A DNA stretch of 64,000 bases from Podarcis muralis (GCF_964188315.1 NC_135657.1:31062001-31126000), one strand, 5' to 3'; shown: positions 51,451 through 64,000, counted from the stretch's first letter. Notes: generated from the sequence alone by a model not told the origin. A program made the numbers and translations.

Positions 51451-52476
51451 TAGATATGTGGTGTTTATGTTTGTGTTTATGTGTGTGCATGGGGGGAGGA
51501 AGAGACAGAACTGGGCCCCCTGGGTGCCTATAGGTGGCCTCAGTGGGCTCCTGGGGCAAAGCCTATGATGATGGTCTGCCTGTCCTTGTGGCCAGTCTCT
51601 GAAGACTGGCATGGGGCAAAAGTATGGCAGTGTGCTCAGTCCACAGGTTCCCTATCCACCCTCCCTTGACTGCAGCCATCCTTGCTGTGGACAGCACTTG
51701 GTCAATGGTTGACAGGCCTGGGAATTTTACTCACAGCCTTAACTGGCTCGTAGGCTGTGAGATTATTATTTTTTTGCCTTCCCCGTGACAAGGCTGTTTA
51801 TTGGCTTTCTCACCCTGTCACAACTTTTCCACTAGTGAACCTGGGTAGGATCCATTGCTTATGAGGGGATCCCCATAAGCAATGGGGGAAAGCTTCTGCC
51901 CCAGTTGAGGGGAGGGACACAAGTTGGCAACTATGCACCCATGCTGTTTGTGGGCCCACATGCTTGGCAGCCCTGGCCTGCACCAAAATGGAGCCTAGCG
52001 GCTTGCTGACTGCCTTGGTTATCCCAGCAGGCAAGCTGGGCAGTGACGTCAGCCAGCAGGCAAGCTGCCCAACAGACAGATCCCTGTCTTATGCTGCAAC
52101 AAACTGGAGATGTGTTGTTTCCAATAAAGTTATATCCATATTTAACCCACATTCTTTTCTCTGGCTTGTTATTGCTTTCAGGCTATGCCCTCCACGGGCC
52201 TGGTGTACAGTAAGAAGTATTTCTGTTGTGTGTAGCCTCTGTGTTTAGCCACAACTAACAGTCAACCTAGACATTACAAACACACACATCACAATAAGCA
52301 TATGATAGCTGAAAACAGCAGCAGCCACATGTTTATTATGCCATCTGCAACTCTAGAATTTCAGCCAAAGAACAGACTTAGAATACTCAATACATTTTTT
52401 TTTAATGCTAACTGGCTTTTTGAAGTTAACTGCTCTAACAAAACGAAACAAAATCTGTAGACAAACCATGAACAGT

Positions 52477-53213
52477 AAGGTAAAAGGTAAAGGACCCCTG
52501 GGTGGTGAATGTCATGGGCCAGGAGTCGACTTCACCTGCTGAGCAGCAGCCTGAAGGAGCTGTTCAGCCTTCTTGCTCCTGATGAGAACCAGCTGGCTCC
52601 AACTTTCTTAAGCAGGGGTTCCAGCCTCAGTCAGTTGGTGGAAACAACACTCATTGTTCCTGGCCAGACCTTGCTGCTTCTTGCTTCTTGTGATCTTGGA
52701 CCTCAGCTTTCCTGACCCCCGGATCGTCTGACTATGTGAACTGAGATACTCCTGACCCTAGGACTAGACTGAACATTGTATATGGACTCTGCCTTGGCTG
52801 GTTGGCTGGCTTCTCCCTTCTCTGAGCTCTGCTGTGGCTGGCAGCACAAGACTACAACTGTGAAGTCCAGTCAAAGGTGACTCGGGGTACTGCATTCATC
52901 ATCTCACTTTTCAGGCTGAGGGAGATGGTATTTGTCCGCAAACAACTTTTCTGGGTCATGTGGCCAGCATGACTGAACCGCTACTGGCACACGAGGACCG
53001 TGATGAGTTCCAGAGCGCATGGAAATGCCATTTACTTCCCCACCGCAGCAGTACCTATTTATCTACTTGCACTGGCATGCTTTTGAACTGCTAGGTTGGC
53101 AGAAGCTGGGACAGAGCAACCGGAGCTCACCCCATTGTGTAGATTCAAACCAGCGACATTCCAATCAGTAAGCCCAAGAGGCTCAGTGGTTAGACCACAG
53201 CGCCACCCGCGTC
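52477..53213 (-). mobile_element. Sauria SINE interrupted by a putative solo LTR
   Basis: AAGGTAAAAGGTAAAGGACCCCTG tail at left; head ...CACAGCGCCACCCGCGTC at right; foreign insert at 52510-52859. Confidence 0.9.
52510..52859. mobile_element. Putative solo LTR (350 bp) inside a Sauria SINE
   Basis: Starts TGTCATGG; ends ...ACTACAACT (one change from ACA); 5-bp TSD GTGAA on both sides; internal CTTAAGCAG TATA-like box. Confidence 0.55.
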
Positions 53214-54407
53214 TCTACCATGAACAGTATAAAAAGCAAAGTTAATAGCTTACCATAATACTTCACCACTTGATGAAGGGTGAGCTATATATGCATACAT
53301 TAGGATAGTCCATTGCTGACGGAAAGAAGAAGGATGAGTTTGGTGGATAAATACAGTTCCTAATATGCAGAGCTGAAGTATGGAGAAATAATCTGGTCTA
53401 CAGGTACATGCGTAAGCAAGCTAGCCCCCTGGCTGGCTGGGTTAAGTGTACCTACGCAGTGGTTTATTTCTGTCCCTAAAATGGAAGCTCACAGAGGATG
53501 TAAATCATTGAAAGATAATTGAGGAGATTAAAAAAAACTTTAAAAAAAACTATGAACCAATAGATAAAAAGGGCACCAAGCTAACCTTTTCCCACCCCGT
53601 ATATATTTTGAATCATCACAAAATGTTGGTACCTAATCTGTTTCACCACGATTTCCTCTCCATTCTTCGTAGCTGCTGAAAATACCAAAGGAGAGGATGT
53701 GCTTGGTTTAGAAGTCGATTAATAGTACACCCTCATCTGCAGCCAGGGAGAGAAAATTAGAGGCAGCTGCTGTACAACTGCCAAGCACAAGAAAAAGACA
53801 GACAATACGAAATCAAAAGTGCATTTGAGCTGACAGCTTTCCTCTTAACATTCATTTCATGACAGACCATCCCATTCTGTAACTTACCACAGAGCTCCAA
53901 AAGACAAAAATTAGGACTAAGTAAGCGATAGTGTGCCCCCCCCAAATACCACTCACCTGGTTTTTCATGATGTTCAACTAGGCTGCCAAATCATTTGTTC
54001 TTGCCTTACATTTACATTCTTTTCTATTAAGAAGCAAAAAGCCATAATGGCTGCTTATTGGGAGGAAAAAAACACCTATTCTTCAATAGAGCGTACCTTC
54101 ATTTTGTACAGGTACAGCTACATTGCACTATTTCAATGGAATTGCTATGGAGTTTGTTTCCAGGAAGATGTCTTTGAAAATGATTGCCATTAAGGAGGAT
54201 GAAATGGTATCAAGCTTATTGTCCATTTAGCAATTTATTCACATGAAAGGCCATAATAAACACAGCAATTTCGTTTTTAACCTTGAAAGAGATTTGGACT
54301 AAAATGGTTACTCACATGGATCGTCCCAATACTGCTGGCATAGCGCAGGTACCATAGATATGTTATCCGAAGATAATCCTAAAAATAAGGTAACCTAAAG
54401 AAGGACA

Positions 54408-54752
54408 AAGGGTTAAAGCCTCAGTGCCTAGGACTTGCCGATCGCCAGGTCGGCGGTTCGAATCCCCGCGGCGGGGTGCACGCCCATTGCTCGATCCCAG
54501 CGCCTGCCAACCTAGCAGTTCGAAAGCATCCCCAGGTGCAAGTAGATAAATAGGGACCGCTTACTAGCGGGAAGGTAAACGGCGTTTCTGGGTGCTGCGC
54601 TGGCTCGCCAGATGCAGCTTGTCACGCTGGCCACATGACCCGGAAGTGTCTCCGGACAGCGCTGGCTCCCGGCCTATAGAGTGAGATGAGCACACAACCC
54701 TAGAGTCTGGCAAGACTGGCCTGTACGGGCAGGGGTACCTTTACCTTTACCT
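54408..54752 (+). mobile_element. Sauria SINE, slightly 5'-truncated
   Basis: Same sequence as 38295-38651; 12-bp TSD TAAAGAAGGACA. Confidence 0.95.
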
Positions 54753-55807
54753 TAAAGAAGGACACAGGAAGAAATCCCCCCTCGTGCCCCCTCCCAGCAG
54801 AAGCCTACAGCCCCCAAAGCTTCTCTATATGAGAGGCTACCTGAGAAGTGGGAAATTGCCTCTCATCAGTTTCAGATTCAAAGATAAGAATTTTCATTGA
54901 AGAAGTTTTCCACCTCCTCCTTCCCCAGCAGCCCCACTCATCCCTCCATTGTTCTGAAGACTCTCACCCCTCTTCTTCCCCCATGCAGCTGGCCTCTGCA
55001 CACCCGCTATGGAAGACCCACCGCTGCAAAGCTGCATCTCTATTCAGTACATTGAAGTGCATGACTTTTAAGGTGTATAGAAATCGTACCAAATCTAATT
55101 TCTTCTTTAAAGGTAATTTTCCACCTATGTACTCTCTTTGCAACAACGCTCAATGTTCAATTTTCACTTCCTGAGTGCATCATTTCAGACATTTTTCTCA
55201 AATTACATTTAACTTCCCTTCCTTTTCAAATAATCTCTTCCTTGAGCTTTCTTTATTTGTATCTTGCTTTAACTTAACGTTGACTTTCTTCTCACAATGG
55301 CACAAAAATATCATGCTACCTGCATTCAGCCTGTTTCTGAACATCCTATAATAATCAGAAGGACCAAGCAGAAATTATCAACCATCATAATGAATATCAC
55401 TTGGGTTGCTTTTGACCAGGAAACTCACACACAATAAAAGGCTCCTATTGTTATTGTTAGGATACTTTATGACTAATGGATAAAGTCTGTTCCATTTTGC
55501 ACAGATCTCTTGGTAAACAATCCTTTCAAAAGAGGGACAGAACAATATCGTCTTTTGTTAAATTATCTGCAATGAGCTTTTATTTTCGAAACAAGTTTCT
55601 CTAGAACCACTTTTTGGGATAAAAAAAAGGTGCAATAGATCTAGGCTGGAACTATACACATAAAAGTGATTCAGTTAAACGTGTTGTAAACTTCATACAG
55701 GGAAATCCCATTGGCGAGAGATGGGACTCCACAGTGCCATCTGGTGTCACAGTGTTATAACACATGTAAAGTGCTATTTCTTTACGAATGTAGCTGAGTC
55801 CCTAGAC

Positions 55808-56309
55808 CAGAGGCTTTCAACTTTTTTGAGTCCACTGTTCCCTTGACCAGCTACATTCTTTCTGCGGCACCCCGTGGGGCTCAGGAGCCCAGTTATGTCA
55901 CCCCTTGCCTGCAGAGCCGGCAGCCCCTCGCCCCTTTTCAAATAGCCTCCCTTGTGGAGTGTTCTCTCAGTTTCTTCTCTCTCCTTGGAAGTCCTCCAGG
56001 CAGCCACTGCTGCCGCCCTTGGTCTCTGAGCTGCCCCCCTCGCCCCAAAGAGAGGTGCCTCCTCACACTGCCCCACAGGGGCCTGGGAAGCACCCCCTGG
56101 CCAGCCCCAGAGGCACCATTCGCCTGGGGAGCCTGTAGCCAGGGCTGCTAGAAAAAACAGCCGCACAAGCCTTTGGGAGGCAGAGACACGAGAGGGCATC
56201 AGAGGAGGGAGGGAAGGAAAGAGGGACAGAGGCCAGTGTTGCCTGCGACATCCCTGAACATCATTCAAGGCACCCCAGGGTGCCAAGGCACACTGGTTGA
56301 AAACCACTG
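55808..56309 (-). mobile_element. Non-autonomous hAT element (~500 bp)
   Basis: TIRs CAGAGGCTTTCAAC / GTTGAAAACCACTG; perfect 8-bp TSD CCCTAGAC. Confidence 0.9.
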
Positions 56310-58877
56310 CCCTAGACTGTCTGTGGACTACACAGGAAAAAGAACAGTAATCAATATCCATTGGTTCAAGAATAACATGTGGTACGAATGCAGCCTCAGA
56401 CACTTGGCCCATCTTGTTCAGTATTGACTGGTTCCCTCCCAGCCCTTCCTGGAGATGCCAAGGATTGAACCCAAGACCTTCAGCATGCAGAAGTTGACGC
56501 TGCAATCCTCCCCCCCCCCTCTATTTTTTGACTGTATTTGTTTATTATTATGGAAGGCAGCATACATGTGCTTCCCAGGCAGACATCCACCCAGGCGCTG
56601 GAAAGACTCCGACCTTCAACAAGGTGATGACATCATATGCCTTCAGATCATTCCTTGGGTTTTGTTTTCACTGCTGCATGTTGCAATACTTCAACTGGTT
56701 GAGAGTCAGCATAGCATAGTGCAGTGTATGCTTGTCTAGAGTGCTGGGGTTTTTTGTTTTTAATAAGAGGATATGTAAGCAGTAAATGAACCTTGCCCCT
56801 GTCCATTCAGGTATCTCCAGTGGTGTCCAAACTTTTTTCAAAGAGGGCCAGATTTGATGAAGTGAAGGGCCGTGAGGGCCGACCAAAGTTGTTGAGCTTT
56901 CTTTAGGGTTGAAGAGTTGTTGAGTTGTTGTTTTTAGGATTTTACCCCAGGAAGTAAACTGCCGCAGGGACCAGATTAAACCGACCGGCAGGGCAGATTA
57001 GGCCCTTTGGACATGCCTGCTTTAGACAATTGATGCCCTGTTAACTGCACTTCAGAACTGCAAGGAAATATGCATTCATTATAATTTACAGGGGAGGCAC
57101 ACACTTTTATTTGTTTGACATTCCTGCATTGCAGGGCATCGGACCCTCAGGGCCCCTTCCAATTCTATGATTCTATGAATCCTCCTCATTAGCACAATCA
57201 GGGCTGTAAAATAATTTACATGCTGTATGCTTATATTACACAGGGAATGGAAGACATAAATATATTCCAAATAAATCTTGATAGTTCCATTAATTTTGTA
57301 ACGGCATTAGCCCATCTCATCCTAGCAGAACTGAATACGATTTCAGCGAAATTATGCTGGAATCTCATCTGAATAAAATATAGCAGGATTTATTGGTATT
57401 CTCTGTGTAACTACGAGTCAATTCACGCAGCAGTCTTGATACATTGGTCTTTTATTGGTGTTTGCCATGGTAAACATATTAAGAGCATATTATTTTACTT
57501 CCACTGTCAGAGGCAGTTTGGCTCTGTAGACCATATGCTGGGAATTCCTCAGTGGAGAGAGCCCACGGCATTCAGGTCCTGCTTTCATGCTTCCCAGTAG
57601 TATCCAGTTGGCTACTGTAAGAACAGAAGGCTGGACTACATGGGCCTTTGGCCTGATCCAGTTGGGCTCTTTTTATGTTCTTGCTGCTAAATATCCAATG
57701 GACAAGCACTAAGTCACCTTGACCAATCACACTGCAATGGCAGACATCCACTAACTGCCCCTGGCTCTCTGCAGATTTGCATCTTTCCTTAAGATTTTAC
57801 ATTAATATTGCACGGGCGTACCTGGGTCGCCACAGAACATTGTAAAGTTTATTCCAACAAAGGGGGAAATTAACAATTTGTCAGAAGTGGCACCAAAAAT
57901 GAAGCATTTGCTCTATGTCAGGAATTGATGTATTTCAAAATAAATACAGGCAGAACACTTTGGGAGCAATCAGACTCCTAAGACAGAGGTGGGGGCAAAA
58001 CAAACTAAGGTGGAGGCTAGCCAGGTTAAAAACCTGAGAAGCAGACCAGAGTAGAACCCACATATCCAAGCAGCTTGCCTGCAATTGGCCAATTGGCAGG
58101 TAGCCCTTAATCCACTTCCCAGGCCAGAGTGAAGCCCAAACTAGGAACGCACCAGCCTGGGAAAATTCCCCGATTGAGAGTCCCTCGCCGGATCATGGTG
58201 GGAAGAAGCACTGTCACGCAATGCCACCCAACCATTTAAGGTAAACGTTCTTCTCTATGAGGTTCCCTAAGAACAGGACATTCTGGCTGTCTACACACCA
58301 CATATTTAAACCACTCCCCACCCCCAAAAGGAGTTCTGGGAACTGTAGTTTTGTAAGACAGCTGTGAATAGTAGCGCTCTGAAGATTAAACTGCAGTTCC
58401 CATGATTCTCAGGGATCTGGGTGCTTTAAATGTGCTCCAGATGTATGGTGTGTATGTAGGCTTCATTTTTAGCTAGCTCAACAGTTCACTGACTCCAACG
58501 TTGTCCCTATGACCAATTTTAAACTATTGTCTTTCCGCCTGCCTCCCAAATTCTGACGTACTACATTCCAAAGGCAGGAGAGATTCTAAGCTATTAGGGA
58601 CCATCATACGCCTTCTCGTAAGCCCCTGATCATCCATCAGATTAGTCACTACTGTTACCATAGCAATAGGCCCCATCACAGTAATCAACACAAGTGAACT
58701 CATAACAATACCAATGTGCAGTGGCAAAACAACAGCAAATGATAGAAGGAAGACCTTGCAGATCACAAAAGACTTGTTTTTTGTGTTGTTGTTTTTTAAA
58801 AAAACATTTACAGGAGCTTCTAGTCACACCTCAATCAATCATCCTTTTAGGATCAGTGCTGGCCTACCACTAGGCAG

Positions 58878-59144
58878 GCGGGACGCAGGTGGCGCTGTGG
58901 GTAAAAGCCTCAGCGCCTAGGGCTTGCCGATCGAAAGGTCGGCGGTTTGAATCCCCGCGGCGGGGTGCGCTCCCGTCGTTCGGTCCCAGCGCCTGCCAAC
59001 CTAGCAGTTCGAAAGCACCCCTAAGTGCAAGTAGATAAATAGGGACCGCTTACAAGTGGGAAGGTAAACGGCGTTCCGTGTGCTGCGCTGGCTCACCAGA
59101 TGCAAGACTGGCCCGTACGGGCAGGGGTACCTTTACCTTTACCT
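58878..59144 (+). mobile_element. Sauria SINE with ~100-bp internal deletion
   Basis: Intact head and tail; 13-bp TSD TACCACTAGGCAG; deletion joins CAGATGCA to AGACTGGCCC. Confidence 0.93.
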
Positions 59145-59465
59145 TACCACTAGGCAGTGTGAGATAATCACATCAGATGGTGAATGATGGGGGCGGGGGC
59201 ATCCTTATACACAATTCTTCTTGGTCCCCATGCCATTTCCCTTTGTCAGCACAATGTGGGCCACTGGCCTATCATACATCACCCAGCCAACTGCCCTCAG
59301 GCGCACTGGGAGACACTGCCCAATTGCCAGTGTTGAACTGTTGCTCAGCTGGCAGTCCAGTCATCATCTGTACTTGGACTGCGTGTGTGTGTGTGTGTCA
59401 GTTTGCCCTTAGCCTCGGGGGGGGGGGTACCTTAGGATTAAAGAGGGACCTGCTTTGTATAATGT

Positions 59466-59720
59466 GAGAGCCAGTGTGGTGTAGTGGTTAAGAGCGGTAG
59501 TCTCATAATCTGGGGAACCGGGTTCGCGTCTCCACTCCTCCACATGCAGCTGCTGGGTGACCTTGGGCCAGTCACACTTCTCTGAAGTCTCTCAGCCCCA
59601 CTCACCTCACAGAGTGTTTGTTGTGGGGGAGGAAGGGAAAGGAGAATGTTAGCCACTTTGAGACTCCTGAAGGGGAGTGAAAGGCGGGATATCAAATCCA
59701 AACTCTTCTTCTTCTTCTTC
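59466..59720 (+). mobile_element. Squam3-type tRNA-derived SINE
   Basis: GAGAGCCAGTGTGGTGTAGTGGTTAAGAGC (A box)...GGTTCGCGTCTCC (B box); GGGTGACCTTGGGCCAGTCAC core; (CTT)n tail. Confidence 0.88.
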
Positions 59721-59879
59721 TATTAGGTGTATTCCATTTGGTTTAAGAAATCCAAATTCCATTTCTCTTCCTATCTCCACTCTGCACATGTCTTAGCTCA
59801 TACCCCAGGGATGTCCATTTTGGAAAGAAGAGCTTATTTCACAAACAAATATGAAGAACAATTCATAGGGATGGAGACA

Positions 59880-60335
59880 CTCCTTCAGGAATACAGGGTC
59901 AAAACAGTTTAGGGCTTTGAAGGTCAGCACCAACACTTTGAATTGTGCTCAGAAATGTACTGGGAGCCAATGTAGATCTTTTAGGACCAGTGCTATGTCT
60001 AACAGCCACATTCTGTATTAATTGTAGTTTCTGAGTCACCTTCAAAGCGCATTGCAGTAGTCCAAGCAGGAGATAACTGGAACATGTACCACCCTGGCAA
60101 CACAGTGGGCAGACAGGCAGGGTCTCAGCTGGCATACCAGATGGAGTTGAGAGACAGCCACGCTAGACACAGAGTTGACCTGTGCATTCATGGACAGCTG
60201 TGAGTCCAAAATCATTCTCAGGTTGCATACCTGGTCTTTTAGGGGCACAATTACCCCATTCCAGAGCAGGGAGTCCCCCACACCTGCCCTCTTCCTGTCC
60301 CCCAGAAACAGTACTTCTGCCTTCCTTGGCAGTAA
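59880..60335 (-). mobile_element. L2 LINE ORF2 fragment
   Basis: PLKDQVCNLRMILDSQLSM...ISCLDYCNAL...KVTQKLQLIQNVAVR motifs with frameshifts. Confidence 0.88.
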
Positions 60336-60461
60336 AAACACAACAATAATAAATTTTAAAATGAATGTTTGGTGGTTACTCTTTCATGACATTTTGAATT
60401 GGCTGCTGAATAGAGCTCCAGCACTACCGTGATCAATTATAATTGAGGTATAAGGCATTTC

Positions 60462-60464
<3 letters not shown>

Positions 60465-60493
<29 letters not shown>
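60465..60493. repeat. (CA)n microsatellite
   Basis: Perfect dinucleotide run. Confidence 0.95.
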
Positions 60494-60495
<2 letters not shown>

Positions 60496-62261
60496 GCCAT
60501 GTTTTATATACTTTAAACATTCAACATGACCCACTGAAGACAAAACATTTGACTGCATAATATATTGACTGCATAATAACATTTGATCTTCCATTATGGA
60601 AATTATTTTTCAGATTCTACCACTGGTCAAATACTGCAATATTATCTACTTTCGAATTCATTGTCACTCTACAGTTATTAAACATGGTTGCCATGGCGTT
60701 ATTTTATACAACACTGTAAAATGCTAAACCATAGACAATAGTGCAAAAGACATTGCACTTACTGAATACTAATACAGAGGATATAGTATTTCACATTCCT
60801 AGTGCAATTACTAAAATTTCAGTGGGAGGAATGGAAGGAACACATTCAGTCTGCATTCTATGCAACCTACACTTTCTTGGAAATATGTTCCAATGAAGCA
60901 AATGGGCGTTTCTTCTGAGAAGGCATACATAAAATTGGGCTGCAAACAACGCCATGAGTTCAACAGTTTGATTACCATAATTAAATGAAAAATTAAGCCA
61001 CATTCCAACCCCAAGCCCCCAGAAGAGGGCTTTCTTTTGTTTGTATAAATTAGGAAATGCTCAACTGAAATAACAGTGTTAGAAAGTATGGCCTTTGTTT
61101 TTCCAAATGCAGCTGTATGATTTTTCAGAAATGCAAAATATACAGAGAAAATAAGCCACGTTTCTGTAAATAGCTCCTGGCTCCAGCTGCTTTAAATTGA
61201 TTCAATCTGTCTATGTTACATTTCTCATAAATGTGTGTCAACATTTTCCAGCCCTCCATGCAACAACAGTTTAGACCGTTGGTGTCTTATGATGAAATAA
61301 AACCCTAAATGACTTGGGTCCCAAATATTGGAAAGAACGCCTCATCACATACCAGCCTGCTCATTTGTTAACAGTCTGCAAGAGAAAACCCTATTAGTGC
61401 CAAGTGGTGTTTGCCATGCAAAGACTTGGTTTAGGGTTTTCTCAGCAGTACTACCAAAAGCATTGGTCACTGTCCATAGGTATTTATGGATATATGATGG
61501 AGTGAGAAAACTGATGAGCTGCAGATATAAGCAAATTAAAACATTATGAAGCTTTATGATGTCCTTAAGGAGATTATAACCCACAATCCCATGGTTCTAG
61601 ACTTATTATAAACTTGGATGAAACCACTGCCATGACAAACAGAGATGGGCTAATTGTACTTAATACAATAAGGACTCGTTTGCTGTTTCATTGTTTGCTG
61701 CCCTGGGCTCCTTCAATAGGAAGAGGGGGACAGAAATTTATTAAATAATACAAATCCATGAGTGATGAAGCTATACAACAATCATCCCAGCAGGATGTAA
61801 ATCACCTTATGGCTCCCAAACATTCTGTAATTGAAACAGAAAGAAGTCATTAAATAAAATGAACGGAAAGGCAACGGATCCTAATAATACCATTCCAGCT
61901 GAAATCCATAAGGCTGAAGGCAAATATCTTGTTCACTGGCTTGGAAAACTTTCTCAGCACACATGGCATAAAAGGAAGATGCCCCAAGTGCATTAAAAAT
62001 GCCTCTGTTGTTCATCTGTGCCAAAGGAAGGAAGCATTCTGGTCTGTGATAATGACAGAAGGCTTTTGGGATTAGCTGCAGCTGGAATGATCCATCTTAG
62101 CATCATGCATAACCACTTCTTGACAAATTTTGCTAAGATGCTCTTACCTGGTAGTCGACATGGTTTAGAAAGAACTGCATCTTTGCAGCAAGTCCACAAA
62201 CACAGAAAACAATACATTAATGGCCTAGTTCACACACAACACTAAATTATAGATTATAAAT

Positions 62262-62647
62262 AGGATGCGGATGGCCCTGTGGTCTAAACCACTGAGCCTC
62301 TTGGGCTTGCCGATCAGAAGGTTGGCGGTTCGAATCTCCATGATGGGGTGAGCTCCTGTTGCTCTGTCCCAGCTCCTGTCAACCTGGCAGTTCAAAATCA
62401 CACCAGTGCAAGTAGATAAATAGGTACCGCTGGGGTGGGAATTTAAACAGTGTTTCCGTGCGCTCTGGTTTCCATCACAGTGTTCCGTTGCTCCAGAAGC
62501 AGTTTAGTCATGCTGGCCACATGACCCAGAAAGCTGTCTGTGGACAAACGCTGGCTCCCTCGGTCTGAAAGCGAGATGAGCGCCACAACCCCATAGTCAC
62601 CTTTGACTGGACTTAACCGTCCAGGGGTCCATTACCTTTTTACCTTA
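62262..62647 (+). mobile_element. Sauria SINE, second subfamily
   Basis: CTGTGGTCTAAACCACTGAGCCTCTTGGGCTTGCCGATC head, ACCTTT tail. Confidence 0.92.
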
Positions 62648-63784
62648 AATTATAATTTATTAAAAAGTGGCTTAGTGTTATGCTGAACCCACCAAATAAA
62701 TAAACATGAGGCTTGTGGGGGATAGTGATTCAAGAGAATGCCTTCTTCCACACCTAAAGGTGGGGTCAGATGGGGCAGCCACACCAATACACTGCTTCAA
62801 GCTTTGGGCAGAGGAAAGCTCACCTTTAACTGGGCTAGGGGAGGCAGTTGAGGTTGCACAGTGACTCCTACCTTATCTAGCTCCCACACAGCTCATAATT
62901 TTCACTGCTGATCTTCTGATAATAATGTTAATACAGTAATGGCCTGATTTACCTCCATATTTGTGACTCACCTCCTTATTCTGGGCAAGGGCACAGGAGA
63001 CCATTTCAGGGAAGGCAAAAGCAGTTTCTATAAAGACACTTAAATGAACAAATAATCACAATTCATTTCATCTTCTTTATATATATTGCTGTAAGCTTTT
63101 TAAAATAATCCCATGATAAATCTTTTAACAGGAAGCTCAGCCTGAGGAACAAGCAATTATTCAATGCATGAATTCAAAACAACGTGTCAAATAGAAGCAT
63201 GCTCAGCTTTTCACATTGTATCAGTTCCTAATCAGTGCTGTTCCATCACACAGAACAAAAGGTTATAATAATGTAGGATTTAAGATGATGGCCTTTACTA
63301 ATAGATTGCAGCGCTGAAATCAGCTTCTATACTACCCAGTGAATTTTTATGGCTCAGCAGAGATTTGAATTTGAATCTCCCAGGATCTAACATTCTGTCT
63401 GCTTGGCCTTACAGTACTGTGAATAATTTAATTGATATTACTGATTGGTTTCGTGTCTTACATGAGATTTAAATTGATTTAGTATCAACAAGTTGCACAG
63501 CTATAGTTTGCAATGTAGGGACTCAGCTGCTAATAAAACATTTAAAGTGTGTTTTAAGTGCAATATATGATGTAACACTAGGTGGTGATGGCGAGCCTTA
63601 TGGAAAATTCAATGTATTTTTAAAAAAAACGCTTTAAAAAAAGCATTTTCAGAGGATTTTTAATATGTGTGTAGACTCCACCTAGATTGGAAGGATAGCT
63701 TTAGGTGAAGGGAACATCAGACAATTGATACAGTTGAACCTAGAATCCCACAGATCATCAGATGTCAAAGAGATAAACAACTAC

Positions 63785-63945
63785 CTGATGTTTAGAAGAC
63801 ATCTGAAGGCAGCCCTGTTTAGGGAAGTTTTAATGACTGATGATTTAATGTATTTTTAATCTCTGTTGCAAGCCGCCTCAGAGTGGCTGGGGAAACCCAG
63901 CCAGATGGGCAGGGTACAAATAAAAAAATATTATTATTATTAGGT
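63785..63945 (+). mobile_element. L2 LINE 3' tail, same family as 45445-45720
   Basis: AGACATCTGAAGGCAGCCCTGTTTAGGGAAGTTTT...GCCGCCTCAGAGTGGCTGGGGAAACCCAGCCAGATGGGCAGGGTACAAAT then (ATT)n. Confidence 0.85.
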
Positions 63946-64000
63946 ACTAGTTCACTATTCACTGCTGGCTGGAAGGAACTGCGGGCAGTGTGGTGTGATT

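Noticed and set aside
55774-56505. 243-aa minus-strand ORF
   Set aside because: Same hAT element as 23447-24221; a long ORF is expected from GC content and it is not frame-conserved between the two copies.
57459-57476. Near-palindrome TGTTTGCCATGGTAAACA as an RFX X-box
   Set aside because: Extra T and A break the GTTNCCATGGNAAC spacing; similar strings occur elsewhere without supporting context.
58524-58827. Hydrophobic or Cys-rich minus-strand ORFs as exons
   Set aside because: Weak AAG acceptor and two competing frames; low-complexity TG/GT-rich composition can explain both.

Overview
Vertebrate genomic DNA from a squamate reptile; the SINE and MITE content points to a lacertid lizard (inference). 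It is not prokaryotic and has no CRISPR array. The only confidently identified host gene is CNIH3 (cornichon family AMPA receptor auxiliary protein 3) on the + strand. Coding exons 2-6 lie at 11535-11603, 14332-14379, 32489-32601, 33489-33632 and 36425-36452. All have canonical AG/GT sites and compatible phases, and splice to 402 nt (133 aa + stop). Exon 1 was not found and probably lies upstream of the window. The rest is intron/intergenic DNA dense in CR1, L1, L2, RTE/BovB LINE fragments, Sauria/Squam-type SINEs, hAT and Tc1/mariner-type MITEs, two putative solo LTRs, microsatellites and two N gaps. Points worth follow-up: a 7SK snRNA retrocopy wedged between RTE and L1 fragments; a ~190-bp copy of nearby intronic DNA inserted into a SINE with a 24-bp target duplication; an inverted BovB pair forming a hairpin in CNIH3 intron 5; a MITE with a variable GGGTTAGGG-containing minisatellite; a degenerate ~130-160-bp tandem repeat of unknown origin; and several exon-shaped minus-strand segments downstream of CNIH3 that I cannot assign to a known gene. 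I see no firm evidence of a wholly new biological system. All identities come from reading the sequence and from recalled family consensus, not database searches, and many small degraded repeats are not listed.
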